IMG/VR virus record: IMGVR_UViG_3300049259_000212
Origin: an uncultured virus (IMG/VR IMGVR_UViG_3300049259_000212)
Lineage: Duplodnaviria; Heunggongvirae; Uroviricota; Caudoviricetes
Length of the DNA stretch: 36,197 nt
Direction: 5' to 3' (one strand)
The position numbers and the translations under genes were made by a program. Position 1 is the first letter of the stretch, and every line of letters begins with the position of its first letter. Under the pieces are notes generated by a model that saw nothing but the letters and a program-made list of their open reading frames with translations, was not told where the DNA came from and ran no database searches. Below are positions 8,656-16,400 of the stretch, piece after piece.

Positions 8656-9303
8656 ATGCTTCAGTGGAAGAAGATCAAACCAGGCGTCTACCACGCGACG
8701 TCGCCGTGGGGCCTGTACACGATCGATGGCACCAACGCAGGTCGCAACCGCTGGACCGTGACGTATCCGAGCAACGATTTTGGGATGACCGATGCGCTCG
8801 CGGAAGCAAAGGCGTGGGCAGCCCTCGACGCGCAAACGCGGTCGCCTCGGAGCTCGAACGTCCACAGCACGCAGGTCGCGAACTGGTGGACCAAGACCGC
8901 ACCGGACGTCGACAAGGTCTGTTATCCCACCAAGACCAAGGCCTTGAAGGCCTTTCTGGATACGAACTACGAGATCGTGCAGAACTACGGCGGCGCGGAC
9001 TACGGCGTGTCGCCGTCCGAGTTCGATTCGATCAATCATAAGTACGATCTTCGTGGCGACAACGCAGCCACGACGATTGCCAAGGCGGTGTGGGCCGCGA
9101 TGCCCGAGGGCAAACCGTTTTGTCTCGACCGGATCGATGTCGATGCGCTGAATGACACGAGCCCTGCTCGAGAGTCGCATCTCGCGTTTCGACTGCCGGA
9201 TTACGTGCATGAAGCGGGCTTCTCAGCCGAAGAGGAGAAGTACCATCGCAGGCAGCTAGGACATGCACGGAAATGCAATCGTTGCGGCGGGCGGTTGAAA
9301 TGA
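8656..9303 (+). CDS. hypothetical protein
   Basis: MLQWKKIKPG...; C-terminal CNRCGG. Confidence 0.7.
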   Translation: MLQWKKIKPGVYHATSPWGLYTIDGTNAGRNRWTVTYPSNDFGMTDALAEAKAWAALDAQTRSPRSSNVHSTQVANWWTKTAPDVDKVCYPTKTKALKAFLDTNYEIVQNYGGADYGVSPSEFDSINHKYDLRGDNAATTIAKAVWAAMPEGKPFCLDRIDVDALNDTSPARESHLAFRLPDYVHEAGFSAEEEKYHRRQLGHARKCNRCGGRLK

Positions 9304-9620
9304 CGGCACGCACGAAACAGTTGGATCGAGAAATTGCGGAGGCGCTCCAGCACAAAGCTCCTCTCCGCGTTGTCTGCCGTACGCTCGCGTTCGGCATCAA
9401 GAGCTGCCAGTGGAAAGTCGACGGCGACTTCCGCGGCGCCGAGTTCACCTCGCGCAAGCAGTCTGGTTCATACGCGGTCGTCCATCCGTCGACGAAGGCT
9501 GCCAAGTGGCAGGTGAGCTTCTTCGACGAGCAGGGAGCCGTGGGCGATTCGCATCACCCGACGGCCGAGTCAGCGCTCGAACAGGTGTCGCCGGAGCGTT
9601 GGAAGCTGCGCGGCTTCTAG
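9300..9620 (+). CDS. hypothetical protein with N-terminal QLDREI motif
   Basis: MTARTKQLDREIAEAL; ATGA overlap. Confidence 0.65.
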   Translation: MTARTKQLDREIAEALQHKAPLRVVCRTLAFGIKSCQWKVDGDFRGAEFTSRKQSGSYAVVHPSTKAAKWQVSFFDEQGAVGDSHHPTAESALEQVSPERWKLRGF

Positions 9621-10015
9621 CAGTTGCTTCCGTGGTTCGCGCCCTTGCACTGGCAGTCGCAGTTAGGACCTGTCGCGTTCGTACAACGGGCTCCGCAGGA
9701 GTGCTTGGACTTCTTTTCCCCTTCGTGAACACGCGCGAGACGGCACCAATGATCCTTGCAACGCACGGTGACGTTGCTCGGATCTGATCCCAGCGCGTCC
9801 GTCATGTACACCAGGCCGTTGTTGTCCTCCACGATGAGGTCGCGCGTGGATGACGTCGCGGGCTTGGCGAGCATGACGTGGCCTTCGAGCTTGTGTGTAG
9901 CACCGCACTTTTTGCAGCGGCCGATCCAGCGAGACGCAATGTCCGAGAGCTTGCCGTTCCGCGTGATCTCCGTGTAGGCGCGATCCGTGTTGGTGTTCAT
10001 GGCGAGCTTCGACAT
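9617..10015 (-). CDS. Cys-rich metal-binding protein
   Basis: CKKC and C-terminal CGARCTNATGPNCDCQCKGANHG. Confidence 0.7.
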   Translation of the reverse strand: MSKLAMNTNTDRAYTEITRNGKLSDIASRWIGRCKKCGATHKLEGHVMLAKPATSSTRDLIVEDNNGLVYMTDALGSDPSNVTVRCKDHWCRLARVHEGEKKSKHSCGARCTNATGPNCDCQCKGANHGSNC

Positions 10016-10107
10016 GTTCCAGCTGTATCACGACAAGAGCGTCAGACCGGTCGAGTTCCGCGTCGTGGCGGGAACCGGCTGCGCCGTCGCGCGCGTGAGT
10101 CGAGAGA

Positions 10108-11391
10108 TCAGCGGTCTTCCTCGCGCAGAGTTTTTCGAAGCGCGGACAACGCTTCCTTTTCAAGCTGACGCACACGCTCACGCGAGACGCCGAAATCGTC
10201 ACCAATATTTGCGAGGGTCCGCTCTGAGGGCTCTACAGTAGCCTCCGGGTCTTTCAAGCCGAAGCGCTTTCTGACGACGTTTGCCAAACGGACAGGTAGC
10301 TGTGCGACAGCCTTCATAAGACGGGCGTGTGTTTCACCAGCGATCATGCTCTCGAGCGCAGAGGTTGAGGCGTCTGTAGCCATAAGCGTATCGAGAAGAC
10401 TCAGACTATTTTCATCCGCTACGCTAATTGGCCCATCCAGCGATATCGCCGGACCTAACGCGCGGCTTAGCCGCTCGGCGTCTTCGAGTTTTGCGGAGGA
10501 CATCCCTGACGCGGTCGCGAGCTCATCAAGCGTTGGTTCTCGGCCCAATGCCGAAAACAGGGCCTTGCTATGCTTACGCCTCTTCTGCGCGCTCTCGATC
10601 GCGTGGATAGGAATTCTGACGGCGCGCTCTTTGTTGTCGATGGCGCGCGCGATGTGCTGCTTTATCCACAGCACCGCATAGGTAGCGAATCGAAAACCTT
10701 TCCTGTAGTCGTAGAGCTGCACGGCATACATGAGTCCAAGATTTCCTTCTTGGATGAGATCCCCAAGGGGAACGCCGGAACGTATCCACTGTTTCGCGAC
10801 CAGGATGACGAGACGAACGTTGCAAGTAATGAAACGCGTGCGGAGTGTTTCTGCTTCACGCTGAAGAGTGTGAACGCGGGCTAGCACCTCTGGGTCGAGT
10901 GTCACTGACGAAAGAACAGAAAGACTGTAGATACGCTCACGGTCGAGGCGGCGTAGTACGGAAGCGACGCTTTCAACAGGCTCTTGAAAATCTGGCAGCT
11001 TCGCATGTGTGAGCGTCAGCTCTTCGCGTTCCGCGAAAACGGTTCGGACTCGCGCAATAACCTCCGTGCCGGAGGTGGATTGTAAGAGTTCACGCCACAT
11101 CTCGGTTTCGGCGTCTTCGAGACGCTTTGCCATCGACAGTTCATCCGTCTTTGTAAGCAGGCCCAGCGACTTGATCTGGTTGAAGTAGATCCCAAGCACC
11201 TCTTTAGGTTTCGTGCTGCCTGAATGCTTTTTGGATGTCCTGGGCGGCGAAGCCTTCGCGGCCACCTTACGACCGCGAAAGCGCGAAATTGGTAGAGAGG
11301 CCTTTGAACAAGAGCGCGGGGCTTGACGCATCGCCGCGAGCAGTCCGCGGGAAGTGAGTCGTAATGTTCGCACCGCTTCCTTAGTTATCAC
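10108..11391 (-). CDS. RNA polymerase sigma-70 factor, RpoD/SigA-like
   Basis: Region 1.2 YFNQIK..GLLTKTDE; region 2 NVRLVILVAK, DLIQEGNLGL, GFRFATYA; region 3 VRIP...LGREPT; region 4 TLANIGDDFGVSRERVRQLE. Start uncertain. Confidence 0.93.
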   Translation of the reverse strand: MITKEAVRTLRLTSRGLLAAMRQAPRSCSKASLPISRFRGRKVAAKASPPRTSKKHSGSTKPKEVLGIYFNQIKSLGLLTKTDELSMAKRLEDAETEMWRELLQSTSGTEVIARVRTVFAEREELTLTHAKLPDFQEPVESVASVLRRLDRERIYSLSVLSSVTLDPEVLARVHTLQREAETLRTRFITCNVRLVILVAKQWIRSGVPLGDLIQEGNLGLMYAVQLYDYRKGFRFATYAVLWIKQHIARAIDNKERAVRIPIHAIESAQKRRKHSKALFSALGREPTLDELATASGMSSAKLEDAERLSRALGPAISLDGPISVADENSLSLLDTLMATDASTSALESMIAGETHARLMKAVAQLPVRLANVVRKRFGLKDPEATVEPSERTLANIGDDFGVSRERVRQLEKEALSALRKTLREEDR

Positions 11392-11439
11392 AAGACCCCT
11401 TACAGGTCCCGCCGTTTAGCTCAGGCATCGAGCATGCTC

Positions 11440-11484
11440 TTGCAAACAGAGATCGTTTGCTATACATCCTCTCGCGAAACGATC
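11440..11484 (+). promoter_or_regulatory. putative promoter and operator of the RAMP operon
   Basis: TTGCAA (11440) and TGcTATACA (11458-11466), overlapped by inverted repeats GCAAAC-N7-GTTTGC (11442-11460) and GATCGTTT/AAACGATC (11451-11458 and 11477-11484). Confidence 0.45.
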
Positions 11485-11514
11485 ACGTCGCGTCACTGAA
11501 AGGTTATCAACTGC

Positions 11515-12327
11515 ATGGCAAAGCCGCCTGAGTCTTCCGAGGTCCACATCGTCAATGTCGAGCGGGGACGCGTCACGTTCTGTCTGCTCGGCACCGCTCC
11601 GCTCTTGCACAACTGTCTTTCCAACAAGGCGAAGCATGAGTTGCTCTTGCCGATGGGACGCAAGACCGAAGCCGAGCGCAAGACGACTCTCAAGCATCAG
11701 CCTCACGAGGAATTTCGCGAATCGATCTACTACAATTCCAAGCCAGGTTCGCCGACACTGGTGCAGCATCTGTCCAGCGCGTTCCGTGGAGCGATGCGCT
11801 CGGCAGCCCTCGATCTACCCGGGGTCACGAAGTCCGAGATTGGAAGGCTCCTCTGGGTCGAAGGCGACCGTGTCGACATCTATGGCGTCCCTTTGCTCGA
11901 CATGCGTATCGTCCGTCAGGCCGGGATGAATCGCTCCCCTGACGTACGCACGCGATGCATCATGCGTGAGTGGGCCTGCGCGATCACCGTCGCGTTCACA
12001 AAGCCTCAGCTCAAGGAGCAGGCGGTGGCGAACCTGATCACGGCTGCGGGCCTTTACATCGGGATTGGCGACTACCGCAATGAGAAGGGCGCTGGTAACT
12101 ACGGATTGTTCCGCGTCTGTGATGCCAACGACCCGGACTACGTGCGCATCTGCAAGTCAGGTGGTCGCAAGGTCCAAGACGCTGCGATGAAGACGCCTGA
12201 ACCCTTCAACGAAGAGACGGCGGAGCTGTTGACGTGGTTCGAAGGTGCTGTCGCGCAGCATCGTACGTTCGCGCCGCTCACGACGAAGGGGAAGCGGGGC
12301 AAAGGGGCTTCCGAGGTTGCCTCGTGA
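11515..12327 (+). CDS. stand-alone Cas7/RAMP-like protein (Vipr-like)
   Basis: N-terminal beta strand plus GTAPLLH, SAFRGAMRSAA helix, and C-terminal Gly-rich loop AGLYIGIGDYRNEKGAGNYGLFRV, typical RAMP features. No other cas genes; followed by the GGY-NN array. Confidence 0.75.
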   Translation: MAKPPESSEVHIVNVERGRVTFCLLGTAPLLHNCLSNKAKHELLLPMGRKTEAERKTTLKHQPHEEFRESIYYNSKPGSPTLVQHLSSAFRGAMRSAALDLPGVTKSEIGRLLWVEGDRVDIYGVPLLDMRIVRQAGMNRSPDVRTRCIMREWACAITVAFTKPQLKEQAVANLITAAGLYIGIGDYRNEKGAGNYGLFRVCDANDPDYVRICKSGGRKVQDAAMKTPEPFNEETAELLTWFEGAVAQHRTFAPLTTKGKRGKGASEVAS

Positions 12328-12791
12328 CATCTTCCGATCGTGACGCAATCGTCGCAAGGCTTGAGACCCTGACTAAGCGCCACGGAGGCAACCTCACTGT
12401 TGAAGCCGTTGTCGAGGATGCACGTTCTCCGGGTAGCCCCCTCCACGCAAAGATCTTCGCGATCTCTGATACAGAAGCCGCACACGAGCACCGGCTGGAG
12501 CTTGCACGCCGACTCATCCGGTCCGTGCGTGTAACGATCACGGTTGAGAGGCAAGCCCTGTCGGTTGTTGCATACGTCCATGCCCCGGAATCGAAAAGCT
12601 TCGTGCCGACAGCTCCTTTCATCGACGTGAAAGAGCGTGGTGCAGAGACACTCCGAGTCGAGTTTGAGAAGATTGCGGCAGCTCTTGAGCGCTGCCGCAC
12701 GCTCACCGAAACGCTCGGGCTGCATGCCGAGTTCGCGAAACTAACAGCCGATGTACAGGCCCTTCTTGTTCAACACAGGAGGGTTGCGTGA
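12324..12791 (+). CDS. partner protein of the RAMP gene
   Basis: GTGA coupling; LTVEAVVEDARSPGSPLH...AAHEHRLELARRLIRSV resembles a widespread phage hypothetical family. Confidence 0.75.
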   Translation: MTSSDRDAIVARLETLTKRHGGNLTVEAVVEDARSPGSPLHAKIFAISDTEAAHEHRLELARRLIRSVRVTITVERQALSVVAYVHAPESKSFVPTAPFIDVKERGAETLRVEFEKIAAALERCRTLTETLGLHAEFAKLTADVQALLVQHRRVA

Positions 12792-12961
12792 CCAAGCAGA
12801 AAACAACCCGCTCGAAGCCGGTACTTGTACGCTTCAAACCTGAAGAGCGGCGCAAGATCGAAGCGCTTGCACGAGCACGGGGACTCGCGACGTCGTCATG
12901 GTTGCGGATGATCGCGTTGGATGCGGTTACAAGCGCGGCGAACAAGGGGGCGAAGGTGTAA
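12788..12961 (+). CDS. ribbon-helix-helix (CopG/Arc-like) DNA-binding protein, 57 aa
   Basis: Hand-translated MTKQKTTRSKPVLVRFKPEERRKIEALARARGLATSSWLRMIALDAV...; alternating beta strand, helix, G turn, helix; GTGA overlap. Not in the ORF track. Confidence 0.7.
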   Translation: MTKQKTTRSKPVLVRFKPEERRKIEALARARGLATSSWLRMIALDAVTSAANKGAKV

Positions 12962-12994
12962 GAGACAAGAAGTTGCGCGGCATAACGGTAACGT

Positions 12995-13317
12995 GGCTGG
13001 GCGTGGTTGGGTCAGGTACGCCAACGCTGGCGTGGATTGGTTGGGCTAGGCTGGGCGAGCGAGGGTCAGGAACGTTTCGGCAAGGCAGGTTTGGCAAGGC
13101 CTGGTGGGGTCAGGCGCGGTTTGGCAGGCTCGGCATTAATCGGTTAGGCTCGGCTCGGCACGGCACGGTGAGGCAGGCTGGGCTCGGTTTGGCGTGGCGG
13201 TGCAAGGCAAGGACAGGCTGGCGAGGCTAGGCGCGGTTTGGCTCGGCGCGGCGAGGTAAGGCAGGCAAGGTTAGGCGCGGTTTGGCTCGGCGCGGTCTGT
13301 TACGGCTCGGTAGGTTC
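12995..13317 (+). repeat. GGY-NN pentamer array, putative guide ncRNA precursor
   Basis: 58 in-phase pentamers (49 begin GGC or GGT) in 7 blocks, each closed by a tetramer (CGCT, GGCA x4, GGCT, GGTA), plus a final GGTTC. Confidence 0.85.
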
Positions 13318-13351
13318 ATCTGCACTGTTACTCAACTCGCAACCGGCTCAA

Positions 13352-14323
13352 CTACTCGGGCTTCTTACCGCGATAGATCAGTTCTTCGTTCGCGAGCCCA
13401 GGATGATCGTAGTTGCGCTCCACCGTATAGCGCTGCGCGAACCAGCGTTTGGCGCGGTGGTCGTTGATGTACTTCCATCGGATCCCGGTTCGTCCTTCGC
13501 CTATACGGACCCGGCGAAGATGCCCTCTGACCGTCGTATCCCCGAGGACGCGCTTGGACGGATCGCCAAGGTGTGTCTCAACAGATGCAGGCGCTGCTGA
13601 CGGCGCCTGGCGATCACGCACACGCACTTCGCGAGTCTTCGTTTTCTTGTCGATCTCGAATCGAAGGGGACCCTCCACGATCTGTTCGAGGAGTCCAAAG
13701 ATCACGAGGAAGCGCGCGGCTGCCTTTGCGTACCGGCGGTGCTCAAAGACTTCGATACTGTCGAGCAGATTCACTCCCCAATCAGGAGGGGGCATTTGCT
13801 CATCGAGATCTTCCCCCGTCCATACAGGTTGCCAACGCGCAGCGAACGTGCGATTCGGCCAGCATTGACCAAACAGCATGATGGCGGGAAGCAACTGTGG
13901 CGGCGTGCGCTCTGCTCCAGTCACCTCGTACCAAGCCAGTGAAACAACATCCTCCCAGAGTCGTTCACCCGTCTCGGGTCGACGTGCCTCGATGATGCCA
14001 GGTGATCGCAAGAGCGGTGGCGGTTCTGACGGGATCGAGCACAGATCGGTGTCTTCTACGACGTGACTCGCAGAGGGTCTGATCATGTATGTCGCGGGCT
14101 GTCCGCGTGACTTGAGTGCTAGTGCCCCGAGCTTGCTGGCGAAGACCGGATCCTCCTTGAGCACCTCCTCGCCGTACTGCTCGGCGATGATGGTGGCGGA
14201 AGCGATTTTCGCAAGACGTGGAGGCATCACGGCTGGAGCCCGCGAAACGAGCTTCTTTAGGGGAGCGATCAGCTTCGTGATCGGTATGAATACGGTGTCG
14301 GTGTCGAGAATGCCCTTAGTCAT
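13352..14323 (-). CDS. hypothetical protein with VRGHLR motif
   Basis: 323 aa, GGAAAGG upstream; C-terminal TTVRGHLRRVRIGEGR. Confidence 0.7.
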   Translation of the reverse strand: MTKGILDTDTVFIPITKLIAPLKKLVSRAPAVMPPRLAKIASATIIAEQYGEEVLKEDPVFASKLGALALKSRGQPATYMIRPSASHVVEDTDLCSIPSEPPPLLRSPGIIEARRPETGERLWEDVVSLAWYEVTGAERTPPQLLPAIMLFGQCWPNRTFAARWQPVWTGEDLDEQMPPPDWGVNLLDSIEVFEHRRYAKAAARFLVIFGLLEQIVEGPLRFEIDKKTKTREVRVRDRQAPSAAPASVETHLGDPSKRVLGDTTVRGHLRRVRIGEGRTGIRWKYINDHRAKRWFAQRYTVERNYDHPGLANEELIYRGKKPE

Positions 14324-14456
14324 TGTCGGTCACCTTTCCGTTCGGCGCCCGTGAAGGCACCTGCCCTTCGGGCAGCGTCGCGGTCATCATGGCCAGTCGC
14401 AATTGCGGGACACGTGCCGACGACAATGATCGTCTAACGCTACGAACGCACAGCAT

Positions 14457-14546
14457 GGGTGAACACGTACCCGTGTTTGACGCTTCACGATCTCGTTGTC
14501 GAAAGGACGAAAAAGCAGTGCTGCGTACACGGGTGAACAGCTACCC
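14457..14546. promoter_or_regulatory. paired 16-bp palindromes, 74 bp start to start
   Basis: GGGTGA-ACAC-GTACCC (14457) and GGGTGA-ACAG-CTACCC (14531); same geometry as 8540-8629. Confidence 0.55.
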
Positions 14547-14609
14547 TCGGTACAGCATGTTTCAGTTTTTGACATGACAGCGCCCCAAAACACCCTCGGA
14601 ACTACGAGG

Positions 14610-14671
14610 TTTTGAGGAATCGCACTGGGTTTTGAGGAAGCTCGAAGCGATTCGCGCGGACTTTTGAGGAA
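14610..14671 (+). repeat. three direct repeats of TTTTGAGGAA
   Basis: Exact copies at 14610, 14630 and 14662. Confidence 0.7.
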
Positions 14672-14722
14672 AGGATGGTTCTACTTCTGTCGCGACGGAT
14701 GAGCCGACACTTCACGACGCGA

Positions 14723-14803
14723 TTACGTAAGCGCGTCACCACAAGAATCATTTTTGCCCGCCTTGTGAACGCGCACGATCTGTCCGCGTTCAAAGCGAGG
14801 CAC
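14723..14803 (-). pseudogene. truncated remnant of the nucleotidyltransferase gene
   Basis: MPRFERGQIVR matches MRRFEREQIVR of 31132..31707 with the same overlap to the upstream gene; similarity ends after 11 codons and the frame stops after 26. Confidence 0.75.
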
Positions 14804-15453
14804 GGATGCGCTTTCCGAGCGAAGGCATGCGACGCAGCGGCTCGTCAGCGGTGTTCTGGACCTTTGCGAAGTAGCTTTGGAAGCTCTCGTCCGGCTCCCC
14901 TACTTCGAGCTTCCACGAAGCTGCGAGGGACGATGGGCGCTTCACTGCCAACTCGCTCTTAAACAGAGCAACCGGGCGCTTCAAGCGGCGACTCTTCTTT
15001 CGCAGTCCGCGCAGAAGAGCGGTCGGACCGTCGAAGGCACTCAGGCGTGCTGTGAGCTCCAGGAAGAACCCGAGCACGCATGCATCCTCGGCAGACACCG
15101 TGAGAAGCCGCCGCGGCTCGGCGAAGAGTTCCGCGCGAGCGCGATGAACAAACACGGGCAGCATGCGCGCCAGTCCGGCGTCCTGGCGACATGCGGCCAC
15201 CGCACGGAGGAGCACCGCCGTGGGATCGCAATTCTTCGCCTGTGCCTGTCCGTTGCCATACTGCGCGACGAACCAGCGCAGCTCTTCAGCCTTACGAGGC
15301 TGCTCGAGCACCAAGATGTCGGGTTGCCACCGTTTCAGTGCAGCGTGGCGCGCGATCTCCGACTTGCGGGCGGGGGCAAGCTTCTTAGCGCGCGGGACCG
15401 CCGCGGAGACCTCCCCGACGCCTGAGGGCCTGTATCTTTGTCTTGGTCGCCAC
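14790..15453 (-). pseudogene. paralogue of 30480..31145 (putative antitoxin) with a 2-nt frameshift
   Basis: Shares EELRWFVAQYGNG, DAGLARM.PVFVHRARAE and GEPDESF.SYF. From GTG 15453 it reads MATKTKIQALRRRGGLRGGPAR then stop; adding one GC to the run near 15388-15394 restores the frame. Confidence 0.75.
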
Positions 15454-15514
15454 CGCTCAAGCATGACACAAAAACGGTGGCCTTGGCTTAGGTGTCGTGA
15501 GGCTGGACGGTTAG

Positions 15515-15724
15515 TCACGGCTGCGCTTCCGCGCAGCCGCACCTCTGGAGTTGGGTGCGGAGCACATCACGCTCCGCGCGCGTGTGGCTGCTTCCGATAA
15601 TCACGGCGAAGTAGACGATGAAGGCGACTATGAACACGGTGAGTACGCGGCACATGCGCAGCACACCCAGATCGCTTGCAGAAAGCTCTCGCACTCGATC
15701 ACGTGGAATCCACCAGAGATTCAT
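15515..15724 (-). CDS. small membrane protein
   Basis: MNLWWIP...VLTVFIVAFIVYFAVIIG hydrophobic helix. Confidence 0.55.
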   Translation of the reverse strand: MNLWWIPRDRVRELSASDLGVLRMCRVLTVFIVAFIVYFAVIIGSSHTRAERDVLRTQLQRCGCAEAQP

Positions 15725-16071
15725 CAAGGCCTCCAAAATCCGCAGGCTGCGATCGTGCAGTGGCCGTGCTCGTGGCACATGTCGCAGTGATGATCTTTGT
15801 ACTCGCAGTTCTTGAGCTTGCCGCGTTCCCACCGGGGTTCGTGATCGTGGCAACCAAAGCACTCGCAGTCTCGCGGACCATCACCAAGCTCGCGTGGAGG
15901 CCACGGGTGCGCTGGATCCTCGCAATCGCAGAGAATCCAGGTCGTGCCGCCGGAGATCCAGCCGTAGTAGCAGCCTCGAGACTCGACGTGCCATGCGGGC
16001 GCGTCGGGGCACGGACCATCGGGACGTTCCGCGAGCAGCTCTTCTAGCGTCGTCGTGTCTTCGATCGTCAT
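15724..16071 (-). CDS. Cys/His-rich hypothetical protein
   Basis: MTIEDTTT...; many CxC and CxxC motifs. Confidence 0.6.
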   Translation of the reverse strand: MTIEDTTTLEELLAERPDGPCPDAPAWHVESRGCYYGWISGGTTWILCDCEDPAHPWPPRELGDGPRDCECFGCHDHEPRWERGKLKNCEYKDHHCDMCHEHGHCTIAACGFWRP

Positions 16072-16400
16072 CGCGGCCCCTGACGGCGCAGATTCTGCGC
16101 GACCCAGACACGAGCTTCTTCGTGACGGCGATACGTCTGGCTCGACTCGTGACGATAGAGACACGCCTCAGGTAAGTCGTCTGGATTGAGAAGCCAAATC
16201 TCCAACAGGACGCCTCGACGACCTCTTCCAGGACGCCGCAAGCGTGTCCCCGCGACGCGCGTGTCGGTGCTGGTTTTGATAGGAGTCGCGACAGCCCCGA
16301 CAGCAAGGCCTCGATCGTCGACCAACATCGTTGTGTTAATCCAGGCCGCGAGCTGTCGATTTGTGCGTGTGGGAGGGATGACGAGTGCTGCACGCTTCAT
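16068..16400 (-). CDS. hypothetical protein
   Basis: MKRAALVIPP...; 4-nt overlaps at both ends. Confidence 0.6.
   Translation of the reverse strand: MKRAALVIPPTRTNRQLAAWINTTMLVDDRGLAVGAVATPIKTSTDTRVAGTRLRRPGRGRRGVLLEIWLLNPDDLPEACLYRHESSQTYRRHEEARVWVAQNLRRQGPR

Noticed and set aside
11471..11480. TCGCGAAA upstream of the RAMP gene matching the end of the unit 6 NN string
   Set aside because: Only 8 nt match, which is expected by chance; I found no convincing self-target by eye.
12995..13317. CRISPR array, or a simple microsatellite/G-quadruplex tract
   Set aside because: There is no 23-50 bp repeat with unique spacers. GG runs could form two-tier quadruplexes, but that would not explain the strict phase, variable NN and tetramer punctuation.
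12898..13600. ORFs 12898..13230, 13238..13600 and 13282..13467
   Set aside because: Their G/W/R/L/A-rich translations are by-products of the pentamer array; they overlap the RHH gene or lie antisense to 13352..14323.
15454..15542. N-terminal extension of ORF 14790..15542
   Set aside because: Homology with 30480..31145 places the ancestral start at 15453 in another frame.
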